The position numbers were made by a program, and so were the translations under genes. This document shows positions 6,744 to 18,400 of a DNA stretch of 64,000 bases, in pieces. Numbering within the stretch: the stretch's first letter is position 1; every line of letters begins with the position of its first letter. The notes beneath the pieces are model-generated. The model was not told where the DNA came from, searched no databases, and worked only from the letters and a program-made list of their open reading frames with translations. The DNA comes from an uncultured Chloroflexia bacterium (GTDB lineage: Bacteria; Chloroflexota; Limnocylindria; Limnocylindrales; CSP1-4): the NCBI GenBank assembly GCA_963725875.1, contig CAVRZZ010000003.1, positions 336,817 through 400,816 of the forward strand. The letters run 5' to 3'.

Positions 6744-9668
6744 CTACGGCCCGAAGAGCGGCGACACCGATCGCTTGGAGGCGAAGGCGTCGAAGTACAT
6801 CAGGATGCTGCTGCCGCCGCTGGTGACCGAGCCCAGGCGGACCGCTCCCACGGAGCCCGCGCTGGTCGTGGCCAGCGTCTGCGACACCGCACCATCGACG
6901 TAGAGCGCGAGCGTGCCCGGGTTGGGGCCGACGCTGCCCACGGCCTGCCACACCACCTCGATGCGGTGAGCCGCGTTCGTGACGTTGACCCACGCCGGGT
7001 TGGCAGTGGCGCCCACCTGGATCTGCACCTGCGTCTGCCCCGCACTGAGGCGGTACCGAACGTGGAACAGCTGGGTGCCGAAGGTGTTGGACGTCGCAGC
7101 AGCGAGGATGTCCTGGCCGCTGGACGCATTGGCACGGGGATTGAAGGAGAACTGGGCGTCGTACGTCGGCCATGCCGGGTTGGCGGCCGTGCCGAAGTTG
7201 TACTGGACGTAGTTGGTGTTGTTGCCCTGGGCCTGCAGGCCGCGGGCGCCAACGAGCGCCGCTGCAGTCGACACATTCAGGCGGTTGGTCGTGTTGGTGG
7301 ACCGGCTGGTCCAGCCCCACGGGGCGCCGCCCGTGTCGAAGCCGTTCGAGAAGATGGCGACCGCGACGAGGGACACGGTCGCGCTGCTGGTGGTCGTGCT
7401 CCAGTTGCCCGCCGCGTCACGGACGCGGACGCCCACCGTGTGGTTGCCCGTGGTGAGCGAGCCCGCAGGGATGGCGGCGGCCAGGCCGGCAAAGGGCGTC
7501 CCTCCGCCCGGCGCCGGAGCGGCCGTGTCGATCCAGTACTCGCCGCCGGCAACGCCGCTAGCGAGGCCCGCGACGGGCGGGTCGGCAGCGCCGTCTACCG
7601 TCACGTTGATGCCGCCACCGAGCGTCGGGTTGACGGCCGCAAGGGTGATGCCCGTGAACGTGGGCGCGGTCTTGTCGATGAGGAGGACGACGGAGGCCGT
7701 CGCACCCCAGTTGCCCACCGCGTCCCTGCCGTGGACGTAGATCGTGTGGTTGCCGGCAGTGAGCAGGTCGATCGTGGTGAGCGGGACGTCGGCGTAGCCG
7801 GTCTCGCTCGCGGCATTGAAGACGCCGTCGTTGGCGACGAACGGGAAGCCGGAGCCGTTGGCGCCGACGGTGTCGATGAAGCCCTCGCCGGCGGCGACGG
7901 TGCTGGTGGCGCTGCTGAAGGCCGCGCTGACGCGCACCGACGGGTTGCTGGTGCTCTGACCGTATTGCCCGTTGTTGGCGGCGGGCGGGTTGGTCACGAC
8001 GCCCGAGGTCGTCGGACCGGTGGCCACCACCTCCAGGGTGATCGTGGTGAAGGGACCCCAGTTGCCCGCTGCGTCCTGGGCATGGACCGAGACCACGCCG
8101 CTCTGGCCGGCCGGGATGGTCGCCGAGAGGCTGACGATCGGGGCCGTGTTGTTGCGAGCCACGGTGATGCCGGTGCCGTTTGCACCCGGCGTGCCGATGA
8201 AGTACTCGGCCGCGACAACGTTGCCGTTGCCGGTGGCCGCGTCGCTGGCGGTGCCACTGAGGGCGACGGAGACGGTCCCGCTGGACGGGTTCGGGTTGAG
8301 CACGAGCGCGCTCGTGGCGGGACCCGTCGTGTCGATCGTGAAGTTGGTGGAGCTGAAGGCGCCCCAGTTGCCAGCGGAGTCCTGGCCGTGGACGTAGACG
8401 GCATGCGAGCCGCTCGACAGCGAGCCGAGCGTGATCGAGGCGTTGACCGAGGCGGTCGGCGACCCGAACGTGCCCGACATCGCCGTGCCCGACCCAGCCG
8501 CGCCGGTGGTGTCGATGAAGTACTCGGCGCCCGTGACACTGCTATTGCCCGTGTCGACGTCGCTGACCGAAGCGGCCAGGGCGCCGGACGAGACGGTGAA
8601 GGCCACACCGCTCGTGAGCGGACCGACGGTGTCGCCCGTCGACGAGCCGCTCGGCGCGGCGTCGATGAAGGCGAGCATCCCGCCGATCCCGGACGCGGTG
8701 CTGTTGTTCAGGGTCATGCTCGCGTCGTAGATCGCGTACTTGGTGGAGACCGCGGTCGTCGCCGGAAGCGTCACGAGCACGTCGGCCGTCTGGCCCGGGG
8801 CGATCGTCTCGGCGACCATTCCCCGCGGGACGATCGGGCTGCCGTCCGCGGCGAGCACGGACTGGCGCAGGCCGAGCACCCCGATCGAGTGATGCTGGAT
8901 CCCCGCGTTGGCGTAGCGCAGCAGGAGCCTGTTGCCGGAGGTCACGTTGATCGCCGGGGCCGTGCCGGAGTACGCCACGCCGTTGAGCAGTGAGTACTTC
9001 GGCGCGAAGTACCGCAGGTCGACGGTCCACGGCGTGAGACTGTTGTTCAGGGTCGGGTCGACCTCACCGAGGACGACCATCGCCTCGTCACTGAACGCCG
9101 TGGCGGCATCGGCGTAGGCCTGGCCGGGAGCCCCGGCCGGCTGGACGACGAGGACGCCGTACAGGCCCATCGCCACCTGGTACTCCGAGCCGGGGATGAG
9201 CCCGGCCTCGTAGAGGTAGGTCCCGGGGGCGCCGGCGACGAATGTGTATGACGTGGAGCCGCCCGCCACCACCCCGGTCAGGTCCGGAGCCATCGCCTGG
9301 CCGTCGAAGAGGATCGACGTCGGCCGGGCAAGGTGGTTGACCAGGTTGACGGTGACGGTGTCGCCCGCGGTGGCGACGAGGACGGGACCCGGCAGGGTCG
9401 GGCTCCCGCCGTCGGTGGCGCTGAAGCCCCAGACCGTGACGTTCGCCGGTGTGCCGGGCAGCGCAGCGCCGGTAAGGCTGCCGGTCTCGGCCCACAGGTT
9501 GCAGGTGACGGTCACCGGCGTGGCACCGCCGGGAGCCGAGCACGCCGTCGAGGTGATCGGCCCGGCGGCAGCCGCCGCCCCCGGGATCAACAGCGCCGCG
9601 ACGAGCAGCGCCGGACCCAGGACCAGCGAGGAGAGGAGGGTTCGCTTCATCGTTCGATCCGATCTCAT
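6744..9668 (-). CDS. Secreted multidomain protein: N-terminal multicopper-oxidase-fold region, about five Ig-like repeats, C-terminal LamG/ConA-like domain
   Basis: ATG at 9668 has an SD (GAGGTAGGGGA) and a signal peptide 'MRSDRTMKRTLLSSLVLGPALLVAALLIPGAAAAA'. The N-terminal region resembles MCO domains but has no HxH copper motifs. Repeats of 'GAEYFIDTTG...HAVYVHGQDSAGNWG' follow. The C-terminus is Asn/Thr-rich and beta-rich. Confidence 0.75.
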   Translation of the reverse strand: MRSDRTMKRTLLSSLVLGPALLVAALLIPGAAAAAGPITSTACSAPGGATPVTVTCNLWAETGSLTGAALPGTPANVTVWGFSATDGGSPTLPGPVLVATAGDTVTVNLVNHLARPTSILFDGQAMAPDLTGVVAGGSTSYTFVAGAPGTYLYEAGLIPGSEYQVAMGLYGVLVVQPAGAPGQAYADAATAFSDEAMVVLGEVDPTLNNSLTPWTVDLRYFAPKYSLLNGVAYSGTAPAINVTSGNRLLLRYANAGIQHHSIGVLGLRQSVLAADGSPIVPRGMVAETIAPGQTADVLVTLPATTAVSTKYAIYDASMTLNNSTASGIGGMLAFIDAAPSGSSTGDTVGPLTSGVAFTVSSGALAASVSDVDTGNSSVTGAEYFIDTTGAAGSGTAMSGTFGSPTASVNASITLGSLSSGSHAVYVHGQDSAGNWGAFSSTNFTIDTTGPATSALVLNPNPSSGTVSVALSGTASDAATGNGNVVAAEYFIGTPGANGTGITVARNNTAPIVSLSATIPAGQSGVVSVHAQDAAGNWGPFTTITLEVVATGPTTSGVVTNPPAANNGQYGQSTSNPSVRVSAAFSSATSTVAAGEGFIDTVGANGSGFPFVANDGVFNAASETGYADVPLTTIDLLTAGNHTIYVHGRDAVGNWGATASVVLLIDKTAPTFTGITLAAVNPTLGGGINVTVDGAADPPVAGLASGVAGGEYWIDTAAPAPGGGTPFAGLAAAIPAGSLTTGNHTVGVRVRDAAGNWSTTTSSATVSLVAVAIFSNGFDTGGAPWGWTSRSTNTTNRLNVSTAAALVGARGLQAQGNNTNYVQYNFGTAANPAWPTYDAQFSFNPRANASSGQDILAAATSNTFGTQLFHVRYRLSAGQTQVQIQVGATANPAWVNVTNAAHRIEVVWQAVGSVGPNPGTLALYVDGAVSQTLATTSAGSVGAVRLGSVTSGGSSILMYFDAFASKRSVSPLFGP

Positions 9669-9685
9669 GGTCGTTCCCCTACCTC

Positions 9686-11089
9686 TCATTGCGGACAACT
9701 GTTGGGCAGGGGCGGATCGACCCGCGTGTAGGTGATCGGCCCGGTCATGTTCACGCCCCACGACGTGATCTGGTAGAGCGCGTGGTTGTGGGCGATGATG
9801 TAGAACTCGCCGCACTCGTTGAGCGTGGAGATGCCAGGCGGCATCGGCTCCGTGACGCCCAGGTACGGGCTGCCGCTGTAGAACATGCCGACGGTGAGGT
9901 TCTGCAGGTTCGGCTCGCTGGCAGGCACCGGGTTCGCCGGCGAGTAGTCCTCGTTGTCCCTCCAGTTGAACAGCACGTCCCAGGTCTGGCCGGGGCCGAT
10001 GTTCACGGAGAACTTGTCGAAGGACATGTCCTGGCCGGTCGGACCCTCGAGCGGTGCGCCGTCGCGGCCGATCACCTTGCCGTTGTTCCCGTGCGGATGG
10101 AACGGGTAGTCCTCGGTCCCGACGGACAGGTAGCGGTCGAGGGCCGGATCGGGGTTGGCCGCCGCGTCGTACGGGTGGATCGTCGCCAGCGAGCCGTACG
10201 GCTGGCTGGGCAGCCACGAGGCGAAGTTGTCGGCGATGCTGTCGGGGAACCCGCGGCCATTGATCAGCCAGTAGCGCGGGTGGTAGGTGTTCATGTTGAA
10301 GGCCTTGGTGCCCTTCAGGACCGCAGCGTTCAGGTACGGGTCGATCTCGGAGAGCAGGACCAGGAACTCGGTGTCAGGGTTGAACTTCGAGTCGACCCGG
10401 TCGTTGGCCCAGTCGGGGTGGTCCGCCGGCCGCACGATCAGCGCTCCGAAGAGGCCCATGCGCACCTGCACCTGCGGGCTCGAGAAGAAGCTCGAGCCGC
10501 TGGTCCGCTGCCCGCCGCCGCTCTCGTAGAGGAACGTGCCGGGCTTGGAGGCGACGAAGCTGTAGGTGACCGTGCCGCCGCCCGGCTGCGCGGCCTGCGC
10601 GAGCGAGGTGAGCGCCCCGCCGACGAACTGCGGCTGTGAGGGCACGCCGTCCGCGGTGACGTTCTCCTGGCCCGGGAAGATGATCGACACGGCCGGCGCG
10701 CTCTTCGGCGACGACGTCGTGAACGCGTTCTTCAGGATGACCGTGACGGTGTCGCCCTCGGTGACGCACAGCACGGGCCCCGGGTGCTGGAAGGGCCGGC
10801 TGCCCTCCGAGAAGCCCCACATGTACGCCGTGGTCCCGTCCGGCAGGTTGATGTACCCCGCCTTCGTCGTCAGCGTGAACGTCGGGTTCGGGCCGGCGCT
10901 TGTCGTGCAGGCGATGCCGGTCCGGTTCGCGGACTCCGTGGCCGCCAGGGTCGGCCGCACGGCCGCCGACGACAGCAGCACGCTGGAGACCAGGACCGAC
11001 GAGACCGCGAGCGCCAGCGCCGGGTGGGCGCGCGGGCGCGAGAATCGTCTCATCGTCATCACTCCGCTCTTCGCAAACGGTCTCATCAC
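9686..11089 (-). CDS. Multicopper-oxidase-like protein with degenerate copper sites
   Basis: 467 aa. A TAT-like 'MRRFSRP' is followed by a hydrophobic signal. The domain-1 HWHG position reads 'SIIFPGQ'. Domain 3 has 'HPFHPHG' and 'AHNHALYQ' in place of HCHxxxH, so the T1 Cys is Asn. Start ATG overlaps the upstream gene's stop (ATGA). Confidence 0.75.
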   Translation of the reverse strand: MMRPFAKSGVMTMRRFSRPRAHPALALAVSSVLVSSVLLSSAAVRPTLAATESANRTGIACTTSAGPNPTFTLTTKAGYINLPDGTTAYMWGFSEGSRPFQHPGPVLCVTEGDTVTVILKNAFTTSSPKSAPAVSIIFPGQENVTADGVPSQPQFVGGALTSLAQAAQPGGGTVTYSFVASKPGTFLYESGGGQRTSGSSFFSSPQVQVRMGLFGALIVRPADHPDWANDRVDSKFNPDTEFLVLLSEIDPYLNAAVLKGTKAFNMNTYHPRYWLINGRGFPDSIADNFASWLPSQPYGSLATIHPYDAAANPDPALDRYLSVGTEDYPFHPHGNNGKVIGRDGAPLEGPTGQDMSFDKFSVNIGPGQTWDVLFNWRDNEDYSPANPVPASEPNLQNLTVGMFYSGSPYLGVTEPMPPGISTLNECGEFYIIAHNHALYQITSWGVNMTGPITYTRVDPPLPNSCPQ

Positions 11090-12519
11090 AGGCCCCAGTC
11101 GTTCGGGTACTTCTGGGGTGCCAGGGCGGCGTTCGCCGGGTAGACGTGCACCTCGGTGCGCTGGCCCCCGCCGCCGGCCAGGTTGTCGGCCCGGATGTAC
11201 GTGCGGTTGTAGAGCACGTACGTGTCCGGGCCGGTCCCGCCCGAATGGGCCGGTGCCGTGAAGATCGCGTCGAAGCTCTCGCCGGCGCCCAGGGCGACGG
11301 TGTTCGTGGCGTAGCTCGAGTCGGTGTTGTCGCGGCCGCGGAGGTGGGTCGCGTCCCGGCCGACGACGTGCAGCTTGATGCCGGTGAGCGTCATCGCGGC
11401 TTCCTTGAAGCCGAGGTTGGCGAACCGCAGGAGCACCCGCTCACCCGCCTTGCACGTCACCAGGGACGACATCGGCTGGTTTCCGAGGTCGGCGCTCCGC
11501 GGCCCGGCCGGCGGGGTCAGGTCGTAGCTGCCGTCTCGCACGACCTCGTACGGGTAGGTCGCGTTCGGCAACCCGGTGTCGGAGAAGATCGCCCCGTTCG
11601 GCTCCAGGGTGTCGGGATAGACCCGCCCGTTGAGGAGGCTGAAGTCGGCGTGGTAGTCGCTCCACTCGGGGAGCTGGATGTGGGCGTCGGCCCAGTGGGC
11701 CTCCGCCCAGAGCTCGCTCAGGAACATCGCGTACTCGCGATCGAAGGCCGTCGACGCCGGATGGTTGACCCCGACACTGTCGTTGTAGACGTATCCGAGC
11801 GGGGCGCCCGGAGCCAGGTTGCCCCCGAGCCGGGCGACCGGTGCTCCGGCCGAGTTCCCCTGCTGGTCCTGGGCCGGCCGCACGAAGACGAGGCCGGTCA
11901 TCCCCATGTGCACGTGCTCCACGTCCTCGACGTGGCAGTGGAACATGTAGGTGCCGGGGTCGTGCGACTTGTACACGTAGGTGAAGGTCTGGCCCTGGGG
12001 GATCGACACCGAGCCGGTCGGCTCGCCGTCGAAGAACGGGATGACGTTCTTGAAGCCGTGCCAGTGGAGGGTGTGCGCGTCGAACAGGTCCGGGCGCTGG
12101 GCCAGGCCCACGTTCGTCAGCTGGATCCGGAACGTCGTCGGCGCGTACTCCGTGCCCAGAACAGCGGGGCGGAGTGCTGCGCCTTGTTCTTGAGCTGGTA
12201 CTGGTCGCCGTCGGGGAGGCCGTTCCGTTGGCGAACCCGAAGATGTAGTCGGTGCGCTTGGGCGGCGCGTAGGTGTCCGGGTGGAACACGCCGTAGGCGG
12301 CGGAGCTGATCGCTCGGGTCGGGCGGCAGGGAGATCCAGCCGTCCGTGCCCGACGAGCTTCAGGTCGGGTGGCCGGTCGGCCGCGAGGGCCCGGCCCGGC
12401 TGGAGGATGGTCCCCACCAGCCGGGGCCCGAGGCCCACGGCGGCGGTCGCCGCCGCGGTCAGCCCTCCGTACTTGAGCAGGTGCCGCCGGCTCAGCAGCA
12501 ACCTTCTCTGGTCGCTCAT
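11086..12519 (-). pseudogene. TAT-secreted multicopper-oxidase-like protein with apparent frameshifts in its N-terminal region
   Basis: Clear TAT signal 'MSDQRRLLLSRRHLLKYGGLTAAATAAVGLG'. Contains 'HTLHWHGF' and 'FHCHVEDVEHVHMGM' (HCH...H...M-like). Between ~12120 and 12340 plausible MCO sequence ('TDGWISLPPDPS', 'AYGVFHPDTYAPPKRTDYIFGFANG', 'QHSAPLFWA') sits in the other two frames. At least four frame changes are implied. This could equally be indel sequencing error. Confidence 0.6.
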
Positions 12520-12570
12520 GACGTTCTCTCCCTCGGCGACGATTGGACGGGTGGTTCGCGATCAGGCGTC

Positions 12571-15480
12571 TCACGGCAGGGTCCCGCCGCTGAAGTTGTC
12601 GACCCGGGCGTCGGCCGGGAGCTGGATGCCGATCCGGCCGCCGCCGGTGCCGAACGTCCAGGCGCCCGCGCCGGTGGTGGGGATGGTCACGGTGCCGACC
12701 AGCGTCGTGGTGGCGCCAGACGTCTTCCAGACGTTGACCGTGCCGGTCTCGAGAGCGACGGCAGTGAGCGTGTCGCCGATCGCGAACGTCGCCGCGAACG
12801 TGGCGCGGCGTGGTGAAGAGCGCACCGCTGTTGGTCGTCGTGGACACACGACCACGCTGCCGGTCCCGCGTAGCCCACGCGGATGAAGTTCGTCGGGTTG
12901 TTGGCCGTGCCGCCGCTCGCCTTGAGGATCAGGGTCGCTCGGGATGTTGCCGCCGACCGGCGCGTTGGCGAACGTGAACGCCGCGCCCTGGTGGGCCCCG
13001 AAGCCCGCGACCGCCGTTCCAGATCGCCTGGCCGAGCGCAGGTTCGCGAACGCCTGGTTGCCGTTGACCCGGATGCGGCGGCGCCGAGCGAGGTTCGACC
13101 TGGCTCCAGTTCGCGCCGAGCGTGTTCGCGTTGGCCCGGTTGAAGTTGTCGAGGATGGACATCGTCGGCAGCGGCGAGTCGGCGGCACGATCGTGTCCGT
13201 GTCGGTGGCGCTGTTGTTGGCCGCGGTCGGGTCGGTGATGCCACCCGGCGCCGCGACGGTGGCGGTGTTGACCAGAGTCCCGGCCGCGCTGGCGGAGAGC
13301 GTGGTCGTGGCGGTGAAGGTCGCGCTGCCGCCGTTGAGCAGGGTGACCGTGCCCGGTGCGGCTGTTGCCGCTGCCGGCCGCGGTGCAGCTCGACCCGGCC
13401 GAGGCCGTGCAGGTCCAGGTGCCGACGGTGAGCGACGGCCGGGAACGTGTCGGTCACCGGCGCGCCGTGACGGCCTCGGACCGGCGTTCGAGACGACGAT
13501 GGTGTAGCGTGACGGCGCCGCTCCGGCGGTGACGCTCGTCGCCCCGTCGGTCTTGGTGATGGAGAGGTCGGCCGACGGCGGGCGCGGCGATCTCGTCCGC
13601 GCCGACGTCGAAGCCTCCGAGTCGCCGGGCGAGCCTGGCCGTCGATGTCAGCGGTGGGTGCGGCCAGGGGCGTGGGCGGCTGCTGGTAGGCCGGCACCGC
13701 CTTGCTCGCCGCGCCGGCGTTGTACGCCGGCGACCCGGTGCTGAGGAGGTGGTAGTCGCCGAGGAGGCTCGGCGGGAGGTCGGCGGCGACGAGGATCGCG
13801 CCGACGAAGTTCGGGTTGGTCCGCCACGGGGCGAACGCCGAGCACCGTGTCGTAGGCGGCGACGACGAGCGGATCGGCCGACCGAGTTGGTCGGGCTCGA
13901 GGCGTACGGCGTTCGTGCCCGTCGTCTCTGCTGGAGGACCGAGTTGGTCGGCGACAGCAGGATCGCCGCCGTCGGCGACGCCGAGGTCCCAGTGGTTGGC
14001 GTCGGTCCGTCGCCGATGCCGGTCACGGCAGCGCCGAGCGCGGGTGCCCGCCCGGTTGTCCCAGAAGATGTTGTTGAAGAGCAGCGGGTTGCTGAAGAGC
14101 GGCGAGCCGGCCGGCAGCGTGGCCTGGAGCAGGGTGCTGTTCTGGCCGGTCGACAGGCCGGCCGGGGCCGGCTGAGCCGTTGCTGGTCACGGCCGTGGCG
14201 GTCGTGACGTTCTTCATGATCGTGTTGTTGTAGAACCGCACGTTCGGCGCGTCGTCGAGGGCGATGCCGCCGCCCTCGTGGGTCGACACGTTGTTGACGA
14301 TCATGTTGTTGTAGACGTTCATCGGGAAGTTGCCGGCCATCAGGAACCGGATCCCGCCGCCGTCGTCGTTGGCCAGGTTGGCCTGGATCAGGTTGTCGTA
14401 GATGTCGACCGGGCCGGAGCCCGGCGAGAGCGATCGCGGGGTCGGCCGGCAGCTCGCCGGCGACCATGATCCCGCCGCCCTCGTCGTACGACTGGTTGTA
14501 GTAGATCCGGTTGTCGGTGGATCGGAGCCGTTCGGGCTGAGGCCGTAGACGGACGAGGCCGCCGCCGTACTCGGCCGAGAAGTTGCCGCAGATGTCGTTG
14601 CCGGCGACCTCGTAGTTGTCGGCGCCGGCGAAGAGGCCGACACCGCCGGCCAGGTTGGTGCCGGCGTTGGCGATGATCCGGTTGTTGAGCGATCCGGACG
14701 TCCTCGTTGTGGTTGTTGGTGTCCGGCGCCGGCAGGTCCGGCGTCCCGATGCGGATCGTCCCGTACGTGCCGCCGTTGTTCTGGACCACGTTGTTCGTGA
14801 TCTGCAGGTTGCGGGCGTAGGCGTTGGCGAAGATCGCGCCGCCCTGGGTGACCAGGCCGGCCGGCAGGCCGGTGGGCCCGCCGCCGATCTCGTTGATGTT
14901 GCCGGGGAAGCCCTGCTGGTCGCCGCCGCGGAGGTCGAAGCCGTCGATCGACGGCGCCGTGGTGGCGCTGTAGGTGGCCGGGAAGGCATTGCGCCCGGCG
15001 CTCGGCACGAAGATCGAGATCACCGCGCCGTCGTAGACGGTCTGGTTGCCGTCCCACGTCAGGGCGCCGATCTTGGTGTACCAGTCGGTCAGCCACGGGG
15101 CTGTCGCCGCCGAAGGCGCCGCCGTCGATGATCGAGCCGCGCACGGTTGCCGTCGGGGCTGCCCGGGCCGACGCCCTGCAGCTTCACCTTGCGCGGAGAT
15201 GATCAGGTTCTCGTAGTACGCGCCGCGCGGGTTCTGCCGCGGGTTGGCGCTCGGGTTGTTCGGGTAGACCACCACCAGGGCGTCCCGGTTGTTGCCTCCC
15301 GCCACGTACGAGGCCGCGGCGTCCAGCGCGCGCTGGATCGCGTGGTCGGCCGCGGCCGGGAGCGTCTCAGCCGGCGTGAACCACCGCCCTGCGCTTGCCT
15401 TGGCCGCTGTGTAGCTCGGGTTGCTGGTCGGACCCACCTCGAAGAGCTGCGGGTTGTAGGACCCGCCGAATTCGATAGAA
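12571..15480 (-). pseudogene. Fragmented continuation of the upstream giant adhesin, or a separate gene: parallel beta-helix (NosD-like) repeats plus LamG-like C-terminal domain, broken by multiple frame changes
   Basis: Protein-like stretches are spread over all three minus frames: 'SIEFGGSYNPQLFEVGPTSNPSYTAAKASAGRWFTPAETLPAAADHAIQRALDAAASYVAGGNNRDALVVVYPNNP' (ORF 14388..15437), 'GPVDIYDNLIQANLANDDGGGIRFLMAGNFPMNVYNNMIVNNVSTHEGGGIALDDAPNVRFYNNTIMKNV' (ORF 14023..15144), 'RIIANAGTNLAGGVGLFAGADNYEVAGNDICGNFSAEYGGG', 'SILDNFNRANANTLGANWSQ' (ORF 12929..13162), and 'TVNVWKTSGATTTLVGTVTIPTTGAGAWTFGTGGGRIGIQL' (ORF 12571..13188). They are separated by Arg/Pro-rich nonsense. Confidence 0.5.
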
Positions 15481-18400
15481 GGTGAGGCCGTTGACCGTGC
15501 TCTTGCCGTTGGCGGACGTCACCTTCAGCTGGTGCGGACCCTGGCCGACGGACGGCGAGATCGTCGCGGTCACCGTGATCTGGGTGTCGTTCCACGTGGC
15601 CGTGGTGATCGGGGTGCCGTCCAGCGTCAGCTGGCCGGTGCCCTTGGCGGCGCCGAAGCCCCGGCCGTAGATCGTGAACGCCGGCTGCGTGCCGGTCGTG
15701 TACGGCCGCGAAACCGCATAGAGCTCCGGGGCGCGGGTCGCGGCAGTGCCCGCCGGGTCGTTCACCGAGCAGGAGACCGCCTGGAACGTCGTGGTGCCGG
15801 GCAGCTGGATCGTCACGCCGACCTGGGTCGGCGCCGTGTCGGCCGGGACGATGATGCCCGGCCAGGCCTCGAAGTCGGCCGCGATCGTCCGGAACTGCGG
15901 GTTGTAGTTGGGGTTGAGCCGGCCCGGGATCCCCGGGTCGTTGCCGACGAAGCGGTAGACGTTGCCGCACACGCCCGACGGGGTCGGGCAGTTGATCCGG
16001 TCCGTCGACGGCAGGAGGACGTCGAACAGGCCGTTGTAGTCGGTCTCCACCGTGGTGATCAGGCGGTTGGCGAAGTCGTAGATGCCGACCGGGGTGAACG
16101 GAAGGCCCGCCTTCTCACCGTAGAGCAGCGACTTCGGGTCGGTCGAGAAGTTGAGGTCGTCGACGTTGTAGGCGAAGAAGCGGCCCGGGAGCGGCACGTC
16201 GGTGAAGACGTTGAACATCGGGACGACCGACTTGCCGTTCTGGAGCGTGACGAGCTTCGTGTCGCACAGCGGCTTGGCCTGGCCCTCGAAGGGCGAGCCG
16301 CCGAGCCGGTCGGCGAACGTCGGGTTGTCGGTGGGCGTCGAGGCAGCCACGGCGACCGTGGCGCTGCCGATGCCGGACGGGTCGACGATCGTGGTCGCCG
16401 GGTAGACGTCGATGCCGGTGGGGTCGTTCGCGACGTCGACCTGGTGCAGAGGGCCGACGCACGCGGGCGGCGGGACCTGCGGGACGAAGCTGTCGCCCGT
16501 CGCGATGTTGATGTCCTCTTCGCGGGTGACCTTGTAGACCGGATCGCCGTTGTTGTCCGTCACGCCCGGGAGGTCGACATGGACGAGGTAGTCGGCCGCG
16601 GGGAGCGCCGTGAAGGTGCCGCCGACACAGACCGGGTTGGCCGGGTCGGTGGCGTCGAGCGTGCCGTCGAAGCAGCCGTCGCCGAAGCCGTAGTTGCCGT
16701 CGACGGCGGCGCCGAAGTTGGCGTCGGCGGTCCCCTGGTCCGTGGCGTACGTCCCGAACTGGACGCCCATCAGCGGACCCTCGAGGCAGCCCTTGCCGTC
16801 GCCGACCGGCAGGACCTGCTGGTCCGCCGGGTTGGCGAGAGGCGTCCCGTCGACGTCGCGGGCGATGCAGTCCGTCGGCCGCTGCCAGGTCTCGGTGACG
16901 TACGTGTTCAGGAGCTTGCCCTGGGCATACGACCCGTCGGCCGGGTTGAGCGCGTAGTCGCCGTTCGCGTCGCACGGCACGGTGCCGTACTCCGGGCTGC
17001 CTTCGAGCGGGCAGTCGACCGGGGCGTAGAGGTTGACCGTCAGCCCGGAGACGCCGGGCTGCCAGTCCTCCGCCGCCGCGTACCGCGGATCGAGCTCGTT
17101 GCGGGTCGTGTCGTAGCTGACCGATCCGACGATGCCGCCGTTCTGCGGGTCGACCCCGTTCGCGCCGGTCGGGTCGTAGGCATGGACACCCCAGTCGAGG
17201 GTGCCCGAGAGGCCGATGATCGGCAGGACGCTGACGTCGACGCCCGCACCGAGCACGGTCGTGGGCGTCGGCTGGTTGTCGGCCTGGTAGGTGACGCCGG
17301 TCGTGTAGTAGCGATCGTCGTAGGCCTCGAGGACGAGCCACTCCGTCAGCGGGTAGGCGTTCTCCATCACGTAGTAGCCGCTGGCGTTGGTGGTGACCAG
17401 GGTCGCGCCGCGATCCATCAGCGAGTTCTCGCGCTTGCGGAGCGTCAGCGTGATGTTCGGGACGCCCTGCTCTCCGGCGTCGCGCCGTCCGTTGCGGTTC
17501 GCGTCGTTGAAGACGTAGCCGTCGAACTTGGTGAACCAGCCGGTCAGGGGCCGGACCCCCATGTCGACGGTCTCGCCGTTGGCGACGGTCACGTTGAGCA
17601 GGTCGAGGATGTAGTTCTGGGGCTCGTCCCAGTACGTGATCGTGTAGCTGCCGGCGGGGACGTTCGGGATCGTGAACGTGCCGTCGGCGCCGCCGCGACC
17701 CATCCACACGGCCGTGTCGCCGTTGTTGAGGTCGGACAGGGTGATCCACGGCTTGTCGATCGGCTTGTCGACCTTGCCGCCGCAGAGGCCGCCCCAGATG
17801 GTGCCCGGCAGGCAGGCCCCGCCCGTGGTCGGGACGTAGACCTTCATGGCGTCGATGACGCCCTTGATCGTGCCCGTGCCTCCGGCCCACGAGTCGCCGT
17901 AGGACTTCGACGCGGTGGCGGGATGCGTCCAATGGCTGGCGGCCGGTCCCGGGACGAAGCCGAAGATCTGGGCCGGGAACGGCTCGCCGGCGACGACGAA
18001 CTCCGTGTCGAGGCCGGTCGAGCCCTCCATCTCCCAGGCGTCCCAGTCGTGGTTGCCCTCGAGGGTCGTCGTCTGGACCCAGTTCGAGCCCGTCGGCGGG
18101 ACGGCGGACAGGGCATACCGGTTCGGCCCCAGGTTCGGGATCGTCAGGAGGCCCGGGTCGAGCTGCGGGTCCGAGTAGAGCACGCCGTCGGTGCCGGTCC
18201 AGGTGTTCGTGCTCGGGTGGTAGGTTGCGTCGACGACGCCGTCCATGTTGATGTCGCCGGACAGGCACTTGCCGCCCAGGTGGGTGACGATCGGCGCGTT
18301 GTCGGCGTCGAGGACGATCTCGTCGCCCGGGTCCTGGACCCCGTTGTTGTTCAGGTCGTTGAACTGGTACTTGGTGCACAGCGGGTTGCCGAAGACGTCG

